Source: Actinomycetota bacterium (lineage in GTDB: Bacteria; Actinomycetota; Acidimicrobiia; IMCC26256; PALSA-610). Taken from it: 62,555 nucleotides of DNA. Of this stretch, positions 36,050 through 45,037 are shown one piece after another. Position numbers and translations under genes: made by a program. The notes under the pieces were generated by a model, which was given only the letters and a program-made list of their open reading frames with translations, made no database searches and was not told where the DNA came from. Position 1 is the first letter of the stretch; every line of letters begins with the position of its first letter. The DNA is taken from positions 1 to 62,555 of the forward strand of contig SXIR01000051.1 of assembly GCA_005772765.1 (NCBI GenBank), written 5' to 3'.

Positions 36050-36768
36050 CGCGACGCCTCCGTGACCCGCTCGGTCGGCGCGACGCGCTCGGCCCCGACG
36101 ACGACACCGCCGACGATCCGAACCTCGCGAGCGCCGAGCAACGTCGCCCGATCGGACTCGTGCGACGAGAACACGACCGTTCCGCCGTTGGCGACGAACG
36201 CCCGCAACGTGTCGTCGAGCAACGCTCGCCCGTCGGCGTCGAGGCCCGCGTGGGGTTCGTCGAGCAAGAGGAGCTCGGCATCGCGGGCGAACGCAGTGGC
36301 CAACGCCAATCGGCGCCGTTGGCCGGCCGACAAACCCGCGTGACGCACCGCGGCGAGTGGATCCAAGCCAAACCGACGTCGCGCCTCGACGGCTCGATCT
36401 GGCGCGCTCCCCGCGGCACGCGCGGCGAAGTCGAGATTCTCGGCGACGCTGAGGTCGTCGTAGGCGAAAGTCTCGTGGCCTACGAAAGCCAGTCGACGAC
36501 GATGTGACCGACGATCCCGTTCGAGATCGAAGTCGAACACGGTTGCGGTCCCACGGTGCAACGGCTGCAGTCCGGCGATCAATCGCAGCAGGGTGGTCTT
36601 CCCCGCGCCGTTCGGACCCGCGAGCCACACGATTTCGCCCGCGTCGACCTCAAGGTCGACGCCCGCCAACGCGGGGAAGCGGCCGAGCAGACATACGGCC
36701 TGGCGAATAGACACGACCGGCAACGGGCAGGGCCTCCGACTGGTCGCCCGCAGCGGTCGCGCGAGCAT
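36046..36768 (-). CDS. ccmA: Heme exporter ATP-binding protein CcmA
   Basis: Walker A GPNGAGKTTLLRLIAG, signature LSAGQRRRLALA, Walker B LLLLDEP. The start is either the ATG at 36768 or the GTG at 36714. Confidence 0.85.
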   Translation of the reverse strand: MLARPLRATSRRPCPLPVVSIRQAVCLLGRFPALAGVDLEVDAGEIVWLAGPNGAGKTTLLRLIAGLQPLHRGTATVFDFDLERDRRSHRRRLAFVGHETFAYDDLSVAENLDFAARAAGSAPDRAVEARRRFGLDPLAAVRHAGLSAGQRRRLALATAFARDAELLLLDEPHAGLDADGRALLDDTLRAFVANGGTVVFSSHESDRATLLGAREVRIVGGVVVGAERVAPTERVTEASR

Positions 36769-36837
36769 GCGGAGTCTACGAAGGCGCCATCATCGGATCG
36801 AACGCGCCCACTTCGTACGTCCCGGTACCCTGGCGGC

Positions 36838-37872
36838 GTGCGCGAAGGGCTGCGGCAGTTTCTGGGCGGTGCTGGCCGGCTGCTGATGACGACCGGCGTG
36901 CTGATTCTGCTCTTCGTCGCCTACGGCCTTTGGGGCACCGCGTTGTTCACGGCCCGGGCCCAAAGCGAGCTCGAAGATGACTTCGAAGCCGCACGACGCG
37001 ACTACAGCCGCAATGCCGCAGCCTCCACGACCACCGCATCGGATCCGAACACAACGACGACGGCTCCAACGACAACGGTTCCCGGCGGCCCGGTCGACCT
37101 CCCGATCCCCGAAATCGCACTCGGCGAACCGGTGGGACGCATTCAGATCCCGTCGATCGGCGTGGATTGGACGTTCGTCCAGGGCACGAGCCGCGACGAG
37201 CTGAAGAAGGGCCCAGGGCACTATCCGTCGACCCCCTACCCCGGACAGACCGGCAACGCTTCGATCGCCGGGCACCGAACGACGAACGGGCAACCGTTCT
37301 TTCGGATCGACGAGGTCAACCCCGGCGACGACATCCTGATCGAGACGTTCTGGGGAACGTTCACCTACCGGGTGCAGTGCGAGATCATCGTGAAACCCGG
37401 CGACACCTGGGTGGCCGGTGCCCCGATCGACAACTGCCAACGCGATGCGTTCGTCGATGCGCGCACGCCCCAACTGACGTTGACGAGTTGCAATCCGAAA
37501 TATTCCGCACGCGAGCGATACGTGATCAAAGCCGAACTGGTCGTCGACCAAAGCGATGCGCCCGCCGTCTTCGATCCGTCCCAACTGCCAGCCGACATCA
37601 CCGAGGAAATCCCCGGCGAAGGCAATGACGGCCCCGCGCTCGGCGGCTCGTACGTTCCCGACACCGAGATCGACGGGTTCGCGGGCGACCCGGCGGCGCG
37701 TGCGCCGACGTTGCAATGGGGGCTCTTGGCCGCAGGTGCGGGCCTGGTGTGGTGGTGGGGCTATCGCCATTGGCGACACTGGCTCACGTGGTTCGTGGGC
37801 GCGGTGCCGTTCGGTGCTGCGTTGTTTGGCGCGTTCGTGTTTCTCGAACGCGCGCTGCCTGCCGGCTACTGA
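36838..37872 (+). CDS. Sortase (class E-like) with an additional C-terminal TM region
   Basis: GTG at 36838 (VREGLRQFLGGAGRLLMTTGVLILLFV), IAGHRTTNGQPF, LTLTSCNPKYSA. Confidence 0.8.
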   Translation: MREGLRQFLGGAGRLLMTTGVLILLFVAYGLWGTALFTARAQSELEDDFEAARRDYSRNAAASTTTASDPNTTTTAPTTTVPGGPVDLPIPEIALGEPVGRIQIPSIGVDWTFVQGTSRDELKKGPGHYPSTPYPGQTGNASIAGHRTTNGQPFFRIDEVNPGDDILIETFWGTFTYRVQCEIIVKPGDTWVAGAPIDNCQRDAFVDARTPQLTLTSCNPKYSARERYVIKAELVVDQSDAPAVFDPSQLPADITEEIPGEGNDGPALGGSYVPDTEIDGFAGDPAARAPTLQWGLLAAGAGLVWWWGYRHWRHWLTWFVGAVPFGAALFGAFVFLERALPAGY

Positions 37873-37895
37873 GGCAACGCGACAAGGCGCGAGCG

Positions 37896-38828
37896 ATGCC
37901 GGTCACAGCCGCCCAGCTCCACGACGCCGCGCTGCGAATCGAACCGTTCGTCGTGCGAACCCCGGTGCTGCGAAGCGACGCCTTCGACGACTGGGTCGGC
38001 ACACCGACCTGGTGCAAGAGCGAACACCTCCAGCACGCTGGCGCGTTCAAGTACCGCGGCGCGACCAACGCCGTCCGATCGCTGGCAGATGACGAAGCCG
38101 CGCGTGGCGTCGCGGCCCACTCGTCTGGCAATCACGCCGCCGCGTTGGCGCTCGCGGCACGAACACGCAACATCCCTTGTCATGTCGTCATGCCCACGAA
38201 CGCGCCCACCTCCAAGCGAGACCGGGTCCGCTCGTACGGTGCAACGATCGTCGACTGCGCACCGACCGAGTCAGCGCGGGTCGCAGCGCTGCGAGAGGTC
38301 GTCGCGATCACGGGCGCCATCGAAATCCATCCCTACGACAACGATGCGGTGATCGCGGGCGCGGGCACGGCTGCGCTCGAGTTCATCAGCGAGGTCAAGC
38401 TCCTCAGGGTGATCGTCGTCCCGGTCGGTGGGGGCGGTTTGTTGGCGGGAACCTCGATCGCTGCCGCGGCGGCCGGCGTACGCACGATGGCTGGTGAACC
38501 ATTCGGCGCCGACGACGCGTACCGGTCGTTCCACGCCGGAAAGCTGATCCCGCAGACCGACCCCGACACCGTCGCCGATGGACTGTTGACGTCGCTCGCC
38601 GACCGCACGTTCACCATCATCAAAGCGAACGTCGAACGCATCATCCGCGTCGATGAAGCGCAGATTCTGGAGGCGCAAGCGACCGTCCACATGATGCTCG
38701 ACCAACGGATCGAACCGAGCAGCGCCGTCGCCGTCGCCGCGCTGCGCAACGCACGATCCGAAGGAATCGTCGCGCCCGAGACCCATTGCGGAGTCATCCT
38801 GAGTGGCGGCAACGTCGCAACGTCCTGA
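37896..38828 (+). CDS. PLP-dependent serine/threonine dehydratase (or racemase) family protein
   Basis: EHLQHAGAFKYRGA (PLP Lys), HSSGNHAAALA, PVGGGGLLAG. Confidence 0.8.
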   Translation: MPVTAAQLHDAALRIEPFVVRTPVLRSDAFDDWVGTPTWCKSEHLQHAGAFKYRGATNAVRSLADDEAARGVAAHSSGNHAAALALAARTRNIPCHVVMPTNAPTSKRDRVRSYGATIVDCAPTESARVAALREVVAITGAIEIHPYDNDAVIAGAGTAALEFISEVKLLRVIVVPVGGGGLLAGTSIAAAAAGVRTMAGEPFGADDAYRSFHAGKLIPQTDPDTVADGLLTSLADRTFTIIKANVERIIRVDEAQILEAQATVHMMLDQRIEPSSAVAVAALRNARSEGIVAPETHCGVILSGGNVATS

Positions 38829-38878
38829 CCGCCGCACGCGACCGCGCTTCGCCGAGGTTGGACGGACTGCGTCAGAGG

Positions 38879-39916
38879 TCAGCGCAGCGGTGCGGTGGCG
38901 AACTCGCGCATCCCGTCGGCAAATCCGATCGCCGCTCGAAAGCCGAGTTCGTCGCTTGCTCGTTGCGTCGAAGCGAAGACATGACGAACGTCGCCGAGGC
39001 GATAGCCACCCACGATGTGGGGCGGGGGCGCTCCGAAGGCTCGACACAACGCGGCCGCCATCTCGCCGACCGTGTGCGGCACACCACTGGCGACGTTGAA
39101 CGCGCCGTGCGCGGTGGTGTGTTCGAGTGCAGCCACGTTCGCGGCGGCGACGTCGCGCACGTGGACGAAATCGCGGCGTTGTCCGCCGTCCTCGAACACC
39201 TTCGGCACCTCGCCGCGTTCGAGCGAGCTGCGAAAGATGCTGGCGACACCGGCATACGGCGTGTTCCGGGGCATGCGCGGTCCGTAGACGTTGTGGTAGC
39301 GCAACGCGACGACGCGGGCATCGGAGTGTTCTCGCGCGAAGGCAAAGGCCAAGTGTTCGGTGTGCAGTTTCGTCGCCGCGTACACATTGCGCGGGTCGAC
39401 CGGCGCGTCTTCGGGAACCGTCTCGGGTTCGAGTGCTGCGCCACACACCGGACACGGCGGCTCGTAGTCGCCCCGCTCGAGCGCCGCGACCACACGGGGA
39501 CCGGGCCGCACGATGCCGTGCTCGGCACATCGGTAGCGCCCCTCCCCGTAGACCACCATGCTCGACGCGACCACCAACGGGCCGGCGAACTCGCGACGGT
39601 GCAATGCGCCTAACAGCGCCGCCGTTGCCGTGGCGTTGTCGTACACATATCGCTCGACGTCGCCGAAGTCGACACCCAGCCCAACCATCGCCGACTGATG
39701 GCAGACCGCGTCGATTCCCGCGACTGCTCGTTCGATGGTCGCGGCGTCACCGACATCGCCACGGACGAAGTCGGTTCGGGCGTCGGCGACTGGCGGTTGG
39801 GCGTGCGCTCGCTCGTGGCCGTTGTCGAGGACGCGCACCGCGTGGCCCCGTTCCAGGAGCGCGTCGACGACGTGAGACCCGATGAATCCGGCACCGCCGG
39901 TGACCAGGACGCGCAC
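38879..39916 (-). CDS. NAD-dependent epimerase/dehydratase (extended SDR) with an inserted Cys-pair element
   Basis: GTG at 39914-39916 (VRVLVTGGAGFIGSHVV), YAATKLHTE. The insert reads YRCAEHG...PPCPVCG. Confidence 0.8.
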   Translation of the reverse strand: MRVLVTGGAGFIGSHVVDALLERGHAVRVLDNGHERAHAQPPVADARTDFVRGDVGDAATIERAVAGIDAVCHQSAMVGLGVDFGDVERYVYDNATATAALLGALHRREFAGPLVVASSMVVYGEGRYRCAEHGIVRPGPRVVAALERGDYEPPCPVCGAALEPETVPEDAPVDPRNVYAATKLHTEHLAFAFAREHSDARVVALRYHNVYGPRMPRNTPYAGVASIFRSSLERGEVPKVFEDGGQRRDFVHVRDVAAANVAALEHTTAHGAFNVASGVPHTVGEMAAALCRAFGAPPPHIVGGYRLGDVRHVFASTQRASDELGFRAAIGFADGMREFATAPLR

Positions 39917-39917
39917 G

Positions 39918-40940
39918 TCAGGCCCCGCCGACCGGCAGCGGGAGCTCGATGATGACTTCGGCGCCATCGTCGACATTGGCGATCGAGATGACGCCGTGGT
40001 GGGCATCGACGACGCCGCGAGCGATCGCCAACCCGAGCCCGCCGCCGGCGTAGCCAGGGGTTCGGGCGGCGTCGCCGCGAAAACCGGGTTCGAAGACTCG
40101 GTCGAGATGGCCGGGATCGATCCCGCCACCCTGGTCGCGCACAACGACCAACGCGTGGTGTTCGTTTCGAGTGGTTTCGACGACCACCCGGCCGTTCGTC
40201 GGGGTGTGGCGAATCGCGTTCTCCAGCACGTTTCGCAGGGCACGCAAGAGCTCCGGTGCCGCCGCGTCCAACTCGATCGAGGTCTCGGTGCGTGTGCCGA
40301 TCAACCGCACGCCGCGTGATTCGGCAACCGGAGCCAATCCCGCGATTGCGTCGGACACCAGATCGTCGAGCGCGATCCGGTCCAGGCTCGCGGTCACCAA
40401 CCGGTGATCGGCCTTGCCCAAGGCGAACAAGTCTTCGACGAGCGTCCCGAGTCGCTCGGCCTCGATACGCAGCTGACGGTGATAGCGCGCGACATCGTCG
40501 GGTTCGCGCACCACACCGTCGGCTAACGCCTCCGACATCGCACAGATCCCTGCGAGCGGCGTCCGGAGGTCGTGCGACACCCACGCCATGAGCTCGCGAC
40601 GGCCGTCTTCGACCGCGCGTTCACGTTGGATCCGGTCGAGTTCGGCCTCTGCGGACGCAACCCGCCGGGCGAAGAGCGCCCCTCCGAGCACTCCGACGAT
40701 TCCGGCAGCGACCAAGAGAACGGTGAGCGCGGTTTGGTCGTGATCGGAAAAGAACATCGCGCGGGCCCCCAACCAAGCCCCGAGCAACGCCGTCACCCCC
40801 GGGACCACCGCGACGACCGCGACCTGGAATGCCAGGCCACGCTGGCGGAGCAGTCGCAACGCGATCACGGTGATCCCGAGACCCGCCACGACCGTCCCAG
40901 CGCCCCAGCCCGTCAGTTCGGCCGCGTCAGCCGGTTTCAT
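39918..40940 (-). CDS. Membrane sensor histidine kinase (HisKA + HATPase_c)
   Basis: H-box MAWVSHDLRTPLAGI; NVLENAIRHTP, VRDQGGGI, GGGLGLAIARG. The start may be the ATG at 40940 or the upstream start codon at 40967. Confidence 0.8.
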   Translation of the reverse strand: MKPADAAELTGWGAGTVVAGLGITVIALRLLRQRGLAFQVAVVAVVPGVTALLGAWLGARAMFFSDHDQTALTVLLVAAGIVGVLGGALFARRVASAEAELDRIQRERAVEDGRRELMAWVSHDLRTPLAGICAMSEALADGVVREPDDVARYHRQLRIEAERLGTLVEDLFALGKADHRLVTASLDRIALDDLVSDAIAGLAPVAESRGVRLIGTRTETSIELDAAAPELLRALRNVLENAIRHTPTNGRVVVETTRNEHHALVVVRDQGGGIDPGHLDRVFEPGFRGDAARTPGYAGGGLGLAIARGVVDAHHGVISIANVDDGAEVIIELPLPVGGA

Positions 40941-41622
40941 CGCCACCGTCCCATCGATAGCCGACACCCCACACGGTCGTGATGAGGGTGGGCACGCTCG
41001 GATCAGCCTCGATCTTCTCGCGCAAACGCCGAATGTGCACCGTTACGGTGGACGCATCGCCGAACTTGTAACCCCAGACGGCTTCCAGCAGCTCCTCCCG
41101 GCGAAACGCTTGACCCGGATGTCGCGCGAGGTGGACGAGAAGCTCGAACTCCCGAGCGGTCAGCCGCAGATCCCCGCCGTGCAGGCGCGCCGTGTGTGAT
41201 CGCACGTCGAGCTCGATCGGTCCGGCTCGAAACGTCGACGGCAGAGACGACCCGGTCGTGCCGTGCGATCGACGTAGGACGGCACGCACCCGCGCCGCCA
41301 GCTCGCGAGGCGAGAACGGTTTGGTCAGGTAGTCGTCGGCGCCGAGGTCGAGTCCGATCAGTCGATCCGTCTCGTCCCCGCGAGCGGTCAGCATGATCAC
41401 CGGGACATCGCGCAGAGCCCGGAGCCGTCGACACACTTCGTAGCCGTCGAGACGCGGCAACATCAGGTCGAGCACGACGAGGTCCGGACCGACCTCGAGC
41501 GCCGCCGCCAAGCCAGTTTCGCCGTCGTGGTAGCAGTCGACGACATGGCCGTCCTCGACGAGATAACGAGCGACGACCTCCGCAACGGTCGGATCATCGT
41601 CGATGACAATTACCCGAGCCAC
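40927..41622 (-). CDS. OmpR-family response regulator
   Basis: MARVIVIDDDP..., DLVVLDLMLP, and a C-terminal winged helix (TVWGVGYRW). Confidence 0.9.
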   Translation of the reverse strand: MARVIVIDDDPTVAEVVARYLVEDGHVVDCYHDGETGLAAALEVGPDLVVLDLMLPRLDGYEVCRRLRALRDVPVIMLTARGDETDRLIGLDLGADDYLTKPFSPRELAARVRAVLRRSHGTTGSSLPSTFRAGPIELDVRSHTARLHGGDLRLTAREFELLVHLARHPGQAFRREELLEAVWGYKFGDASTVTVHIRRLREKIEADPSVPTLITTVWGVGYRWDGGDETG

Positions 41623-41659
41623 TCGCTCTCCTTCGGCGTCGAACCCAACGGCACGTCGA

Positions 41660-43009
41660 TCACCAACTCTTCACCGCGAACTGCAACACGACCGCCGACA
41701 CGACCTGCGTGCCGAGCCCAATGACAATGTGCGAGCGCCGCAGATAGATCGCCCCAACGGCAACCGTCCAGATCGCGAAGGACAGCCAGATCCGTTCGAC
41801 CTCACCCTTCGACATCCCCGAAATCAACGCGATCGTCGCCATCGTGACGCCGATACCCGCCACGGCGAGGATCGGAGACCGACGTCGCACGGCGTACACC
41901 AATGCCGCCGCGGCCGCGGGTCCGACGATCGCCGAGAACGCGACGACGTTGAACAACGCAAACGACCAGAACGGCCGTTGGCTGGCGACCCCTGCCTCGT
42001 ACTCATCGCGCACATACCGCAGCCCGTCGAGATACGAGAAGCCGAGCAGCCACGCCAAGGTGAGTACGGCGACCGATGTTGCCGTCGCGATCGCGGCGAC
42101 GACGACCTTGCGCCGGATCAACGCGATCGCACCGCACACCACCGCGACGATGCCGGAGCCGTAGCTGAGCAGTAAGCCGATGCCGATCAGCGTCCCCGCA
42201 AGTCCGCCGAACCAGATCGGGTGCCGTCCTCTGCTCGTGGTGGCCGCGACGATCGACCAGATACTCCACGCCGCCACCCCGCTGAACGCAGCGTCCGCAG
42301 TCGACGCCACCATGGGAGCAAATGCGGCGACCCCAATAAACGGCGCCGCGCGCCGCGCCCACTGTTCGCCGACCAGCAACCGAGTCGTCAATACCACCGC
42401 TGCGGCTCCGCTCGCACCAACGAGCACGACCATCACCCCGGCCGCGGTCTCGCCGCCGAGACCGATGCGATCGAGCCCGACGAGCCACAACGGAAACAGC
42501 GGTGGGTGCCCACGCACGTGGATCGGATAGGTCGGTGCCGCATCCAAGAAACTGCGCCAGTACTCGCCGACGCCATCGATGCGGTCGACCATCGGCAAGT
42601 ACCCGTGCCGGTGCGCCATGGGCCGACCGATCTCGGTCGGGTCGTGGAGCCACGCCAGACCGAGCGCCCAGAGCGCGTGCACGCCACCCGTCACCCCGGC
42701 GAGCAATCGCACACTGCACGATCGGGCTGCGCGGACGATGCCCGCAACCAGCACGGCACCGAAGCCGAGAGCAGCCCACCAACCGCCGTCGATCGGCTCC
42801 CATGGCCGTCCGTAGAACGGCGCCATCCGAAGTTGGATGACGAATCCGTCGCGTTCGAGCGACGCGCCATGTCGATGAGCGATCCAGATCGCGCCAACGA
42901 TGACCGCGGCCGCGGCAACGACGCCGACGACCTCACGCCCCGGATCAGCCGGCCCGTCGTGACTCGCGACCCGTCCCGGTTCGCGCACGAGGTTCGAGCG
43001 GAGCGGCAC
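41660..43009 (-). CDS. Polytopic membrane protein, probable GT-C fold glycosyltransferase (PMT/ArnT-like)
   Basis: More than 10 TM segments, with an early loop motif PIHVRGHPPLFPLW (HPPL as in PMT-type GT-C enzymes). The function assignment is tentative. Confidence 0.5.
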   Translation of the reverse strand: MPLRSNLVREPGRVASHDGPADPGREVVGVVAAAAVIVGAIWIAHRHGASLERDGFVIQLRMAPFYGRPWEPIDGGWWAALGFGAVLVAGIVRAARSCSVRLLAGVTGGVHALWALGLAWLHDPTEIGRPMAHRHGYLPMVDRIDGVGEYWRSFLDAAPTYPIHVRGHPPLFPLWLVGLDRIGLGGETAAGVMVVLVGASGAAAVVLTTRLLVGEQWARRAAPFIGVAAFAPMVASTADAAFSGVAAWSIWSIVAATTSRGRHPIWFGGLAGTLIGIGLLLSYGSGIVAVVCGAIALIRRKVVVAAIATATSVAVLTLAWLLGFSYLDGLRYVRDEYEAGVASQRPFWSFALFNVVAFSAIVGPAAAAALVYAVRRRSPILAVAGIGVTMATIALISGMSKGEVERIWLSFAIWTVAVGAIYLRRSHIVIGLGTQVVSAVVLQFAVKSW

Positions 43010-43119
43010 AGGGCGACGCTACCGGTGCCACCCGCGTCAACGACTCGGCGGCATCGTGCGTTTCGAGATTCGTAATCAAGCGCCGGAGGTGGCCGCCCCC
43101 CGGGGCCTACGGTCGGCGT

Positions 43120-43770
43120 GTGCCTGACGTGATCTTGCCCGCACTCGACGAGGCTGCCGCGATCCCGTCAGTTCTTGCGGGACTCCCCGCGGGCTACCGA
43201 CCCATCGTCGTCGACAACGGATCGACCGACGACACTGCTGCGGTGGCGGCGGTGTGTGGTGCCCTCGTGGTCCACGAACCACAACGCGGTTTTGGCGCAG
43301 CGTGTTGGGCCGGCCTCATGGCCTCCGACGCCGACATCGTGTGCTTCATGGACTGCGACGGATCGTTCCGTGGATCCGACCTCATCGCCGTCGTCAGTGC
43401 CGTCGCCGACGGCTCGGCCGACTTGGTCATGGGCGCCCGGCAGGCAACGGCGGGCGCGTGGCCGGTGCACGCACGGCTCGCCAACCGAGTCCTGGCTTCG
43501 CTGATCTCACGACGAACTGGCGTCCGCGTGCACGACCTCGGACCGATGCGGGCGGCGAGACGCGCGCATCTCATCGGGTTGGGGATGACCGACCGAGGGT
43601 TCGGGTGGCCGCTCGAAATGGTGCTGCGCGCTGGGCGGGCCGGGTGGCGAATCGAGGAGGTGCCCGTCGCGTATGCACCTCGGATCGGACGCTCGAAGGT
43701 CACCGGCACGGTGCGCGGTACCGGTCGAGCCATTCGCGACATGAGCCGCATCGCACGCCAACTGCGGTGA
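43120..43770 (+). CDS. Family 2 glycosyltransferase (polyprenyl-phosphate sugar synthase-like, soluble)
   Basis: VILPALDEAAAI, VVDNGSTDDT, FMDCDGS (DxD), GWPLEM. Confidence 0.75.
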   Translation: MPDVILPALDEAAAIPSVLAGLPAGYRPIVVDNGSTDDTAAVAAVCGALVVHEPQRGFGAACWAGLMASDADIVCFMDCDGSFRGSDLIAVVSAVADGSADLVMGARQATAGAWPVHARLANRVLASLISRRTGVRVHDLGPMRAARRAHLIGLGMTDRGFGWPLEMVLRAGRAGWRIEEVPVAYAPRIGRSKVTGTVRGTGRAIRDMSRIARQLR

Positions 43771-43787
43771 CGCTGCGTCGGATCGAA

Positions 43788-44567
43788 TCAGAAGCCGGGC
43801 AAGCCGGGTAGGAAGTGACCGGCGGTCCATCCAGCGTCGACCACGACGTCGGTGCCAGTGATCGTGGCCGCGGCGTCCGACAACAAGAACACGACCGCGG
43901 GGGCAACCGTTGCCGCGGTCACCCCTGCTCCGGCGAGCACCGGCGACGGGACGTGACGGAGATAACGATCGACGTCGATCGCATCGAAGAACGGTGCGCT
44001 CATCTCCGGGTTCCCCATCGACGGACACACCGTGTTGACCCGAACGCCCCACTGGCCGAGTTCGAGAGCCGCGCTGCGAGACAGACCCCGCACTCCCCAC
44101 TTCGTTGCCGAATACAACGCGACCGAGTTCATGCCGAGCACACCGTCGATCGAAGCGATGTTGACGATCGACCCGCCTCCGCTGTCACGAATTCGCGGTG
44201 CAACGTGTTTGATGCCGAACGTCGGACCCGCGAGGTTCACCGCGAGCAACCGCGTCACGTCGTCGGCGCCAATCTCGACAATCGGCCCCATGTGCAACAC
44301 GCCCGCGTTGTTGACAAGACCGTCGACACCACCGAATCGCGCGTCCGCCTCGGCGAGCGCGGCACGCCAATCGGGCTCGCGCGTCACGTCGAGCCGCACC
44401 CAACTCGCGGCTGCGCCCAACGAAGCCGCGACTTCCGCCGCCACGTCATCTTGCACATCGCCCAGCAGGACGCGCGCGCCCGCAGCCACGCATTGCGACG
44501 CGATCTCGGCGCCCAAACCCTGCGCGGCACCGGTGACGAGGATCCGCCGCCCGTCGAGCGCACTCAT
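43788..44567 (-). CDS. Short-chain dehydrogenase/reductase
   Basis: ATG at 44565-44567 (ATGA overlap). VTGAAQGLG, NNAG, YSATK. Confidence 0.85.
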   Translation of the reverse strand: MSALDGRRILVTGAAQGLGAEIASQCVAAGARVLLGDVQDDVAAEVAASLGAAASWVRLDVTREPDWRAALAEADARFGGVDGLVNNAGVLHMGPIVEIGADDVTRLLAVNLAGPTFGIKHVAPRIRDSGGGSIVNIASIDGVLGMNSVALYSATKWGVRGLSRSAALELGQWGVRVNTVCPSMGNPEMSAPFFDAIDVDRYLRHVPSPVLAGAGVTAATVAPAVVFLLSDAAATITGTDVVVDAGWTAGHFLPGLPGF

Positions 44568-45037
44568 CCGCGCAACCGATCGACGTCGACAATGAGGTGA
44601 TCGTGCACGTCGCCCATCGCTTCCATCACGATGTGGCGGCGATCGAATCGCCATTCGACGCCGTGCGGCGTCGCTTTGCGCACGAACCGATCGTGGTAAC
44701 GCCCGGCAACGATAGGTTGCAGCGGCAGATCGTCGGTTGCCTGCACGACGAGAAAGTACGAACGACACGTCGCGGTACCCGAGATCTCATCTGCCGCAAC
44801 CATGGCGTTGGTGGTCAGGTGACGCGTGCGCAGCGTTCCGTCCGGGTGCACCTTGTTGAAATCGCGGTAGATCGCGCCGATCGCCTCACCGCCGCGGATC
44901 TCACCCGGGAACCCCTCGTTGGTCATCACCGCGTTGGCGAACAGCAACTCGATTCCGTCGAAGTCGGCGAGATCGATGCACTCGGCATAGCGATAGAGCA
45001 GGGTCGTGATCGCGTGCCAAGACTCGAAGGTCGTCAC
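44564..45037 (-). CDS. SnoaL/NTF2-like fold protein
   Basis: GTG at 45035-45037 (GTGA overlap). WHAITTLLYRYAECIDLADFDGIELLFA is typical of NTF2-like proteins. Confidence 0.65.
   Translation of the reverse strand: MTTFESWHAITTLLYRYAECIDLADFDGIELLFANAVMTNEGFPGEIRGGEAIGAIYRDFNKVHPDGTLRTRHLTTNAMVAADEISGTATCRSYFLVVQATDDLPLQPIVAGRYHDRFVRKATPHGVEWRFDRRHIVMEAMGDVHDHLIVDVDRLRG

Noticed and set aside
36556-36837. N-terminal extension of the sortase ORF, and likewise 37716-37895 (dehydratase), 4750-5034 (AbiEi), 53840-54064 (GT4) and 54754-55047 (folP)
   Set aside because: The extensions overlap upstream genes in other frames and lack family similarity. Internal ATG/GTG starts coincide with the beginning of conserved domains or with ATGA-type coupling.
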